Both the position numbers and the translations under genes were made by a program. Of a DNA stretch of 16,128 nt, positions 1-10,200 are shown piece after piece (the first letter of the stretch is position 1; each line of letters starts with the position of its first letter). The stretch lies in contig JBHGNT010000761.1 of assembly GCA_043228905.1 (NCBI GenBank), positions 1-16,128 on the forward strand, written 5' to 3'. Under the pieces are notes generated by a model. The model searched no databases and was not told where the DNA came from. It worked only from the letters and a program-made list of their open reading frames with translations. The stretch comes from Azolla caroliniana (taxonomy: Eukaryota > Plantae > Polypodiophyta).

Positions 1-1372
1 ATCATTATACGCCATCAAGAAGCAATCTGGAGCTTTCATGTTATCTAATGTAGAGAAATTCCGAAACACATTCCTATTTCATCTCAGCATCTCCAGATAA
101 CTTCTCTAGAATTTCTCTTGCCAGGAGAAATCAGTATAATACAAGAAATGCAATCTTACCTGAAAATATAAAATGTAAATTGCTTGTTCTTCTCTCTAGT
201 GTATATGCAACTTACATGTCTTTCCTTAACTTTCTTCCTTATACTTTGCTTTCCCCCTAAACTTTCTATATAATAATCTATGATAATAAGGTTTTCTGTG
301 ATTTTCTGCAGTCTTACCACAATATAGATAGTGCTTGATAGGTGTAACCAAACAATCAATTGCCTTGAAAGCAATGCATGAAACTTTCGTGCACACAATC
401 CAAAAAAATAACATGCAGAGTTTATATATCATCAAAAGAATGAAGTTATTTGGGCCTACAAGTGCTCTTGAGTATTTATCTTCTTGAAGGATATTTATGT
501 CCAAAAATAGTCATAACTAAAATGCTACTTTGGGCAGCAAAAAAAGTATTTATCTTTAAGCAAAATATGTTTTATATGCAAAGAAAACAATTTCACCATT
601 ATGCGAACCGAGAAATAAATGTTTTTCCATTTTAAATTCCTCTGAAGTTGAACACCACCACAAGTCTCATATATTGGGGTCATAATGAGAAATTGGCATG
701 GCCTGTATGAAATGCAAACACATACTACAAGAAGATGAACATGCTCTATCATGTATAGCATAGAATAGATGTTGCATCATCTCTACTAAAATCCCACATT
801 TCTATCATGAATTTCACAAGCAATACAAACTTAGCAGTTAACTATGTATCCGATTTCTACAAGGTTCTAATTTACAAACAATGCCCAATTTTAGATGGCA
901 CATCACATATGAAATATTAATACATAGTTCTGTTAAGTTACCAGGCTAATTACTCAATTTTATAATGTGGAAGAATTAAGATTAATCAACTGAAAAGAAA
1001 ATATAGGAAATTTATGTAACTAAACCAGCAATATTACAAAGTTGGAAAGCATGGATCACTTTCAACTTAGCCTTCAGCTAATCATCAACAGCATTGCATG
1101 TTGCTTTATTTTTCTAAATATGATATACTCAACTATCTTTATTAAAAAATAAATGCATATAGTTCCCAAACATTATGTTACATCATTTTGCTTTGTCAAA
1201 TCCTCTTACATAGACTTGATACCCCTAATATTTCTGCTTACAAGTGCATACTCAATAAATCTAAGTAGTTAAGGTTGTAGTTCAAGTGATTTCTAAATCC
1301 ACATGCAAGGCCAATGTTATAATTGAGTACTTTCATACAGAAATCTGCGATCAGTTTGTGCTACATACTTAC

Positions 1373-1429
1373 TGAATATTTCTAGAAACCTCATCACCAA
1401 TCCATATTTCAGGCCATTTTTGGTTGTAC
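1373..1429 (-). CDS. Candidate exon 2 of an unidentified - strand gene (G-TTKNGLKYGLVMRFLEIF)
   Basis: On the - strand: TTTAG acceptor (AG at 1431-1430) and a strong A|GTAAGT donor (GT at 1372-1371). The 57-nt phase1-phase1 exon joins in frame without stops to the candidate exon at 2674-2611. No homology recognised. Confidence 0.35.
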
Positions 1430-2472
1430 CTAAACTATTTAAATGAACATATGATGCAATAAAGAAAATGGAGACACTGAACAATACTGAATCCAATGAT
1501 CCTTTGTCGCACATCAAGTACTTAAACCTGTGGTTGACATATCATAAAATCGCATGGATTCCAAGTCACCTAGTTCCCGGTTGTAGGATATTGTGATGAC
1601 TTTATTAGAGCTTAAAAACGCATAAGTTGACATATCCATTTACATCAAGATTCAATAGCAGGAGATGTAGTTCTTGATTGCAGAATATTGAATGTTTTTA
1701 TAAGGGCTCAAAAAAAGGGTTCACGTATCCACTACGCACTTACATCAATAGAAAGATATCTCCTTCTTAATTGCAGAATGGTGTCGCTACTCTAAACTTA
1801 TAAGAGAATCAAAATGCTTTTATAGTTCTAAAATCTTACAGCACATAAGTTTCTTAGAAGGGAAGGGCAAAACTAAGCATTAAATTATTAAATCATAAAC
1901 ACGAATAGGATGACACTCAAATATAAACATAAAAGGATAAAAAGCAATTGCAGACACACAAACCATAGCACTGGGCAATAGGAAAGATCAAAGGGAAAAT
2001 CCTACTTTGAACTAAAACAGTATTCATGAACTTTTGCAAAGCATCATTAGATGAAACTTTCACGGCTATCATTCTATAATTTGAAATGCAATGAGATGAA
2101 ACAACTATCAAGTTTCTATATATAGAGCCCACCAATCATTGTATAGTTATCATAAAGACAAAAAACATAGCATTGGATCATAAAAGGAATTGTCCCTGGG
2201 AGATAATACAGGATCAAAAGTTTGGTTCCTAGTACATATTAGCAGCATACTCATTGCACTATGAGCTGAAGTCTGGAACATATATGATGGCATCTATGGT
2301 TTGCAGTGCAATGAGAAAATGATGACACTCATTGATCATAAACATAAAAAACTATAAAACAATCACTAGAAAACACAAAAACTCAATCATGGGATCTTTC
2401 ACAATACTAAGACACCTATTTTATAATTTCTCTAAATTTAAAAAGGATAAAATCTTAAGTTTCATGAATTAC

Positions 2473-2524
2473 ATATATATATATATATATATAATATGTA
2501 TGTATGTATGTATGTATGTATATG
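2473..2524. repeat. Compound microsatellite (AT)10 followed by (TATG)6
   Basis: Read directly: atat... 2473-2492, then tatg x6 at 2495-2518. Lies in the putative first intron of the left gene. Confidence 0.95.
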
Positions 2525-2610
2525 CACTTAAGAAATGTAATTAAGACAGAAAACAACAACCAAAGTTTTAAGTCACTATACGTCATCGTTAATGGTCAGA
2601 ATCCCCTCAC

Positions 2611-2674
2611 CTTTGATTGATTTCTTTGCACTTTCTCCTTTGATCGCCTGTTCTTCAGATTTCATGTCTTCCAT
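2611..2674 (-). CDS. Candidate first coding exon of an unidentified - strand gene (MEDMKSEEQAIKGESAKKSIK)
   Basis: ATG at 2674 (tcaATGG) follows a ~160-nt pyrimidine-rich leader and a TATA box. Ends at AAG|GTGAGG donor (GT at 2610-2609). 64 nt, phase 1. No family recognised. Confidence 0.45.
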
Positions 2675-2862
2675 TGACCAAAACCAAAAGGCAGAGAAAA
2701 GAAAGGAAAACTCAAAAGGAAAAGGAAAGTAGCAGAAAAGATACAGTTCTGCAAAGACAAACACAAAAAACCAGTTCCCCTGAGTGAATAAAGGATTAAT
2801 GCAACAACAGGGAGAGAAAACGGAGCAATAATGAAGCTCGAGGGGTATAGGTGGGGGTAGGA

Positions 2863-2869
2863 TTTTATA
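2863..2869 (-). promoter_or_regulatory. TATA box (TATAAAA) for the left - strand gene
   Basis: Minus strand reads gggctTATAAAAtcctacccccacc, followed about 30 nt later by a CT-rich leader running to ATG 2674. This is typical plant core-promoter spacing. Confidence 0.5.
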
Positions 2870-3010
2870 AGCCCACTACCACTAACACAGTAACGGAATA
2901 CAACTCAACAGCAGAATTACGGTTTCAAAAGGTCGGCAGTGGCTATGGCGTGTGAAAAAGCTCCGATTTAGCTCGTAGATTCACGTAGGGATATGGAAGT
3001 CAGAGAGAGG

Positions 3011-3035
3011 GAGGAGAGGAGAGGAGAGGAGAGGA
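3011..3035. repeat. (GAGGA)5 within a GA-rich purine tract (about 3002-3047)
   Basis: Read directly. Sits just upstream of the putative left-gene promoter. Confidence 0.85.
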
Positions 3036-3174
3036 GAAAGAGGAGGGTGAAGGGATGACCGGTTTCTTCCGGTGACGCTGTAACCTCTACCGATCCTTCC
3101 GGTTGCCCCTTTGGAAAAAATTAGGCAAAGCATCTTCTTGCATGTCCATTGCATTTCTTTTAAAATCTAAAGTT

Positions 3175-3851
3175 AGAGTATGTGCGAGAGATATTGGATC
3201 TCCATGGACCTCTTTATTGCCTTTTATTCTCTCGCTAGCACTTCTCCTCGCATTATCGGCTTCGGCTCGCTATCTCTTTGTTATTCCTTATCTCTATGGG
3301 TGCCGGTCTTATGATTATTGTCTAGTTTTTCATATCGCAAAGAAGGTGGGGGGGGGGGGGGGACTTTGGGGAGATACTGGTTCCACAATGTTGCCTTTCA
3401 TTGGCTTCTGTTCCTCCCTCGTTAGCACTTCCCTGACATCGGCATCTCTCCCTCTCTTTGTTCCCTATTTCCGTGGGTGCCCCTCCCTCGTATGATTGTT
3501 CTCCAGATTTTCACCTATCAAGAAGGTGGGAGAGTATGTGCATAATATTGGAGTCCTCATGGAGCTTTCTATTGGCTTTTATTCCTCACTTGATGGCACT
3601 TCTTTAGCATCAGGTTGTCTTCCTCTTTTTGCCCCATGATTGTGTGGCTCATATGATCGTTGTCAAGAGTTTCACGTAGCAAATAGGTGGGAGAGTATGT
3701 GCACAATATTCAATCCTCATGCGGCATTTTTATTGGTCTTTATTCCTCCCTTGCTAGCATATAGTCCTCTCCCTCTCTTTGCCCAATGTTATGTCACTTG
3801 TATTAGTGTTGTTGAGATTTTCACATGATGTGAAGGTGGAATAGTATGGGC
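3175..3851. repeat. Degenerate tandem repeat, about 4 units of ~150-180 bp (old satellite or TE subterminal array), containing a G15 run at 3348-3362
   Basis: An anchor AAGGTGGGAGAGTATGTG-like recurs at about 3176, 3343, 3522, 3684 and 3832. Between anchors, blocks ATATTGG...ATTGGC-TTTATTCCTC...TAGCAC...CTCTTTG...TATGAT...TTTTCA repeat in the same order. Confidence 0.8.
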
Positions 3852-4699
3852 AATTCTACTAAGTTGACTTTTTATTGCACCCATTTTACCTCGAGGAATG
3901 AGCAGTTCATCTTGAATCTTGGTCATCGACTTTATACATCATACATTGTTCCAAGGTTCCTAAATGACGATTTTAGTCTTATTGAAGGTTTTAGGCTATT
4001 AATACCAAGTCTTGAATTTCACCGTATTATTTATCCTCAAATACATGCCACATTGATGTATTGAACTCTCTACCTCAAGGTCTCCAAACTATTGAGAAGG
4101 TTGTGTTCGTATACATCAAAAGAAAAAACCCAGGATTAGCTTCTAGCTTGAGATACAAAATGATGAATATTCTATTCATGGTTAATCTCTTGAATCCATA
4201 GAGCAAGACAACAATTGTCTCGTTATTCATGTTGATTAGTCGTTCATTCTTAGATATATTGAGTCGTCTATTCATGTTGCAATAGCAAACAGAGAACGTG
4301 TACCTCTTTTTTATTTGAGATGATTAAGCCATATATAGTTTACATTAGCTATCTAATCAGTTCCTTCTTAACCTACTAAGGGTCAATGTCAAGGTAGGAT
4401 TCTCAGTATGGATGAACAGGAAAAAGGCCCGAATGAATTGCGACACAATCTACTGATGTGGCATTCCATTTAGGTTATGAATATGGTCGAGGATTCCTAA
4501 CGAGAAAAAGTTATGAAGTTTATATTCTCCATCCAAAGTTTTGAGATTCATAAAAAGAGGTGGATTTGGATTGCTTCATGTATTGGAAGACAACATCTCA
4601 AATTTTTTTGAGATGAATATACTCTCCATTCATAAACCTTTACCATATCACTTGTGATTTTAGTGAATGAGGATAGTATTGTCATCCTAAAAAGCATAG

Positions 4700-4860
4700 T
4701 GTTATTATCAATACCTTTGTCTATATCTATTGTAAACTTATTGTATATATTAAAACAAATGTCAATACAAAAAATGTTTGTTGTCCATACTATAATAGCA
4801 AGGATCTTGTGACAAGGTAAACCTCTAAGGTATTGTATTACGAGTTGATATAAAAGCAAC
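4700..4860 (-). mobile_element. Possible highly decayed Mutator/MULE transposase remnant (SWIM zinc-finger region)
   Basis: Minus-strand translation LRGLPCHKILAII (4829-4791) resembles the MULE SWIM segment ..GLPCxHALAV... Surrounding frames are broken. This is motif similarity only. Confidence 0.3.
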
Positions 4861-7003
4861 TCCTCTTGGAAGAAAGGTATTCATAAAGCTCAATTGTGAA
4901 AGCTATGAAACCAATTTTCCTTTTAACCAATGTCTCAATTGTGGCAGTACATAGAGACTATCAAACAAAAACCAATTTTGATACTCCAATTGTACTATAT
5001 ATGCAAACATCTAAGGTGGTCAATGAATCGAGTTTTTCCAAAGGGATCAACATGACTCATACCTTGGGGTGTTGCACTTCCAAGGATCATTACCATTCTT
5101 AAATTAATTAAAAATTAACACACGCCTATAGATCATTGCTATTTAACAAACATATGAGGTGTCTTAATTATTAGATAACTACTAGATAAGAAACATATAT
5201 ATCTCAATAAACTAGGCGGAAAAACAACATGGAAGAAAGTGACACTCAGTGGATGTAAAAGGAAGAAAATGAGGAGCAAAATGTAGCCCCAAATGTAGGG
5301 CACCCAAAGACCCCTTTTACATAAGAGTTTTGCATTTTTAATACATTTTGGAAACCCTAAATGGTTCCTTTCACATTACAAGGCCATTAGCCATTAGTCA
5401 TCATTAATCTATAAAGGGCGGTCCTCCACAAATTGCAATATGCTTGTGTTTCTTACATATATTTGGCATATGACCAGTATTTAGGTTAAAAAACTAAGCC
5501 TTATAAGGTTATTAAAACCAAATAGTATAACATTAATTTACTTAACAATCAAACACAACTTGTATAATGGGAGGATAAAGCTCTCATTCCTTGAGCAAAA
5601 ACCCATTGAAATAGTCTCAAATGTTTCACAATTAATGATGCCCAAAGTTGTGATATAACAACTCCAATGGTTGTCTCAATGAAACATGGTAATGAATATG
5701 TGCATGACATCATCCCAATGCCTTTATAAAAAAAACATGTCTCATCAAGATTGTGAAAAAAAACAAAGGCAAGCAATCCACTATAACTACTAAAGAAGCA
5801 ATTTTGCACAAAATGGAAAATGAGATTATCATCTTATGTCTAACACTCGACTCCACCATTGCACACATCGGGTAATCTTATAAGCACAACCAAGCTCTCT
5901 TCTTCAAAGTTGATATTCAACATTCTAGGCATAACACAAGGTAATATTGGGTGATATGGGATTACAATGGTATTTTATGTTTCCAACTATCATACCCTTG
6001 ACCCATTAACATTAACAATAAAATTGATCCGTAAGGTTATGCCTATAACATATAATGTGTTGTATAGGCAATACCTTAATTAGTAAGCAAGCTCTATCTT
6101 CAAGCAACTTATGATAGATGTTATTAGTGTGACATTGTGGGTATTTTGTTTTTTGTTATTGCAATTAAATCTACCACCAAATCAAGGGTTGTAAGAATTG
6201 GCAAAGCATATAATCATCGTCAAATATAATTATATGAATATCCATGAAACATATGAAATTATGTTCGTGTAGTTTTGAAGACCACGATCTCTCCCTCTCC
6301 CTCCCTCCCCCCTCCTCTCTGTGTAAAAACACACAATTATATTCCATGGGGCAATGGTCTAGAGGTAATTTCATAATTCCATCTCTTATTATGAGATGGA
6401 AGGAGGAGTTGTGGGATAGATTGGCTCCAATAGTTGTTTGATCTCTACGGAAAGCACGGTGTGTGCGGATGTTTCGGGGTCAAATAATGTTGGTTGAAAA
6501 AAACGTTGCTTCCGTTTGGTCATGGTTGATGAGTTCATTAAAAGCTGAAAACAATAATATTCCTACACATACGGATTATGGACTGCTATTAAAAATAACT
6601 ATTTTGGAAGCTTTGGAGTTGCATTCCAATCTTTCGATTGACAGATTGTATGATAATTTGGAAGTTTTCTCCCTGTTTGTCGGTTGTTTTTTGCTACTTT
6701 GGATGTATATAGATTCATTTTCTTACCTCATTTATATGAAGGATCCATGGCTAGCCATTGTCTTATACAAGACGAGCTTGGGAAGGATATTTTGCTTCCT
6801 TTCGATCTATTTTGTACATTGGAGGTGATATGCCTATTTTTAAAACTAATCGAAGGATATTTTGTTTTAGAGAAGAAGAAAAAGAAACACTCCCTTCTAA
6901 CTTTGAGTCCTATCTGCCTACCATCAAATGCAAAAGCATTATGCACATCATCCCTATTATTTATGAAATTACAGAAATGCCCTTTTGCCGAAATTAACAG
7001 AAA

Positions 7004-7009
7004 TGGGCC
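7004..7009 (+). promoter_or_regulatory. Site II element (TGGGCC) in the PRD3-like proximal promoter
   Basis: TGGGCC lies about 125 nt upstream of ATG 7130. It is preceded by a direct repeat, GAAATTACAGAAATG (6965-6979) and GAAATTAACAGAAATG (6990-7005). Site II is an established TCP-bound motif of proliferating-tissue promoters. Confidence 0.45.
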
Positions 7010-7129
7010 TTGGCCGTCCACGCCAAAAACCATTTCAAATGTTTGAAAAGCCTTTCGGTGTTGTGTTCTCGTTTTCCGTTCGTTCCTCGCTGTTTCCTTC
7101 AGCTCTAAAAGAAGACGAATCTGTCGGCG

Positions 7130-7224
7130 ATGGCGAACAAGCTCAGAATCAACAGACCTTCTCCAGCAGACCTCGCTTCTCTCTCCGTCTACCCTAATCC
7201 ATATCATCATCAGCATCAGGACAG
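7130..7224 (+). CDS. PRD3: PRD3-like exon 1 (MANKLRINRPSPADLASLSVYPNPYHHQHQD)
   Basis: gcgATGG start, CAG|GTATCT donor, conserved N-terminal motif. Confidence 0.85.
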
Positions 7225-10200
7225 GTATCTCGTTTTCTCTCTCTCGAATGTTAGTTTCTCTTTTTCCGTATATGATGATAGTGGTATGGCTTAAATGTAT
7301 GCATTCATCAGGTAATTTCGAATTAACGGATTATCATTTTCCTTCAATTATTCCTTCACATCATCAAAGCTCCAAGTTATCTGTCACGATTTATTGTGCA
7401 TCCTTCTTCTTCTCTCTGATGGATTTGTTCGTCAATTAATTAGCAACATCAATTCACTGTAAATATTCTTGTATCCTATGTTCGTGCTTAGACTTTGTTC
7501 TTCTTTTACTTAGGAGACATCATTTTTTTATGCTATACAGAAGTATTTTTCTAGACTCCTATTTTACACAGATCTAATTTGGATTTTTAGGCGTTGTTTT
7601 ATGGAAAGATCTATTTCTTTGTTTCAGGTTTTGATCGGAACATTGATTGTATATTTTTCTTCGTCTGAGGAAAGCTTGATTCTTCCCAATGTACAACAAT
7701 ACTTATTGAATTAGCTCGGCAAAAGTTGCCATTTTTAGTTGTATTTACTCTCTTGCAACGTTGCATTCTTGCTAAATCCATATATAAAATTCAACTGCTA
7801 AAGATGCAATTTCGTCTACATAATATGTTTTGTCAATGGAACGATGATTCTTTGTTTCCTTCTATTCTGAATGAAGATATACACATGTACGCACACATTT
7901 TGGTTCAATGAATGTCATTTATCAGCAAAAGCTGCCATTAGTTTTGTTTCAATATTTTCTCATGTTGATGGAGTGATGAATTTGCAGCTAATTCCTTTCA
8001 CAGTGATTGATTTACTGGTTGTCAGACTTAGGGGTCACTCTTTATCTTCATTTTTCCGAGATCTTCAAACGATGCCATTCGTTTCCTGTTGCACTGACTG
8101 AATGTGTTTGATCTGTTGACTTAGCTTATCTGGAGAAACCTTTTAGTTTCTCTGCAAATTTATAAGATACCATTTAATGTGCATGATTTCATTCTGTTAT
8201 GAATGGATCAAAACTGATCTCTGTCTTCCTTTTGCATGGATTGATGTACCTTTTCATTGAATGTCTTGCTTCCTTTTGCTTTAATCATCGAGTACAATCT
8301 TTTCTCTTTAGTTGAGCTAAGGAATCAGTTTAGTTTCTCTGCAATTGCAAAGGTTCCATTAATTTATCTGCATAGTTGTTGAATGATTTAAAAGATGTAA
8401 TTCCCATCTCTTGAATCATTATATTATTGCAGGTCTGCATATAATGGTCGACGCAACCAGGGGAAATTTGCTAGTTCTAGTTATAATAACCAAAGGGATA
8501 ATGCAATTATTCAGCCAAATAGTATAATTAACAGACAACCTCAACCACTTCATTTATATAACTCTGGAGGATCGCAAAGCCAACAATCCTTTTCACAAGG
8601 ATTCAACAATGTCTTCTCTCAGCCTTTCTCTCAAATCTCACAGGATGAGCCTTGCTCCTCTTTATTGGAAGAAGTATGAACGAGTTATGTTTCTTTGATT
8701 TACGTTCCTCTCCCTTTCCATCGAGGAGTATGAGCTCCTCAGTCAATTCATTACGTTATGTCTCTATTTGATTTTGTAAATAGTGGTTGTTTCAATGTGT
8801 AATTGTGAGCCAAAAATTCTTCATGTTTAATTTTGGAGCTCTTCAATTACATTCGTTTTCTTTTTTTTTCTGATTTTGTGACCGTTGAAGCTCTTTATAA
8901 CATCATCTGTTTTTTCTTTCTTTTTTTCTGAAGCTGCAGTGGAGAAGCAATAGATCAGCAATAGCAGGAGTTCCTCCTCATAATTCTTCTCAATGTGATC
9001 GTGATGAAGGAAATGTTAGAACAACGAAGTTGGCCTTATCGGCACCTAGAGCTACTAACCTGATCCAGAAATTGAACAGTAGCTCTTTACCAGAAATTAT
9101 TAACAGTAAGATCGAAGGATTTTTCTCTGTGTGATGAATCTACTCATGATTGTTCATTACATTGTCAGTTTTTCATGGATATTTATAGAGGAAAATGAAC
9201 TTCAGGTTTTCCTTCTAAGGAAGTGGAAAAACGATTAGAAACTTTGACTGAAGATCTAAGCAAAATCATTACTGTGCTGGATTCCTTAGTTGGTGATCTG
9301 CATAAGATTTCAAGAGATGCCAATAACGCCTCCATGGAGTGTATGTGAATCTCAGACAATTTGCAGCTCTTATATAAAGGCATCCTTCAATATTGAAATA
9401 TGATTTCCGATTCTTTTGTTTTATCAGAAGTGATCAATGGTGGTATATATTCTGGTTTTTTCATACAGCCGAAGGAATCAAGGAAAAAGTGATGCTTCAA
9501 GAGAGTTCCATACAGTTCTTGGTCTTAGTATCGTTGCAAGCATGCTATTTCTGTTGATCTTTGAAAGGTTATCAGTTTCCTACCACATTTTCCACTGGTC
9601 AACATGGCTGAGAGAAATCATTATTATGCTTTCTGGTGAATGATTTTTCTAGCTAAAGGAAGAAGAGAAGTTTAGAGAGACCATTACCATAAGTTTGAAG
9701 CAACTCTCAGAAAAGGAAGACTATGCAACCAGCTTAGAAAAGCTCTCAAATAAGCTTGAGATGCTTCCAACCGCTTTCATGCAACATCTCACAATGGTCA
9801 AGTCGGATTTATTCACTTGTATTCATGATGAGTTACAGGTGCCTTCTTACATAAGATTTCATGAATTGTGATAATTATGGAAATGGTCTTATGAGTTTCA
9901 GAATGCTCAAACTGGTTATTTGGGAAAGTCCAGACAGTACGTGAATGTATAAGATCTACACAGATGGAAGGGTGGTCCGCAATGAATAGAATTAATCCAT
10001 ATGCTTTTGTTGATGGTGCTGAGGTTACCTTTCTTAATTCTGTATACAGATTATAATTCCATCACTAGAGGTTTCACAGGATTACATCACGATCTTTATC
10101 TGATGCTACATATAGTTACATTTGATCCAACATGTTACTTCCCTGTTCTAATTTACTAACAGGTAGCGTCACAAAAAAGCAAGTTGCCTGTGTCTAATCA

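Noticed and set aside
1317-1527. DKGSLDSVLF as a methyltransferase DKGTLD-like motif
   Set aside because: The acceptor at 1529-1528 needs phase 2, which does not fit the upstream phase-1 exon, and no other SAM-binding motifs are present.
3103-3828. Hydrophobic + strand ORFs (130 aa, 62 aa)
   Set aside because: They lie in the CT-rich degenerate tandem array and have non-ATG starts. Frames are not conserved between units.
5352-5360. Isolated telo-box AAACCCTAA
   Set aside because: It is far from any TSS, in TE-like DNA, and a single copy is expected by chance.
5549-5809. Gypsy RNase H-like fragment (LPCFIETTIGVVISQ)
   Set aside because: It lacks the catalytic DAS motif, and no adjacent RT/integrase motifs or LTRs are visible. 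Too weak to call.
6728-7216. 162-aa - strand ORF
   Set aside because: It is antisense to PRD3 exon 1 and promoter, with no recognisable domain or splice support.
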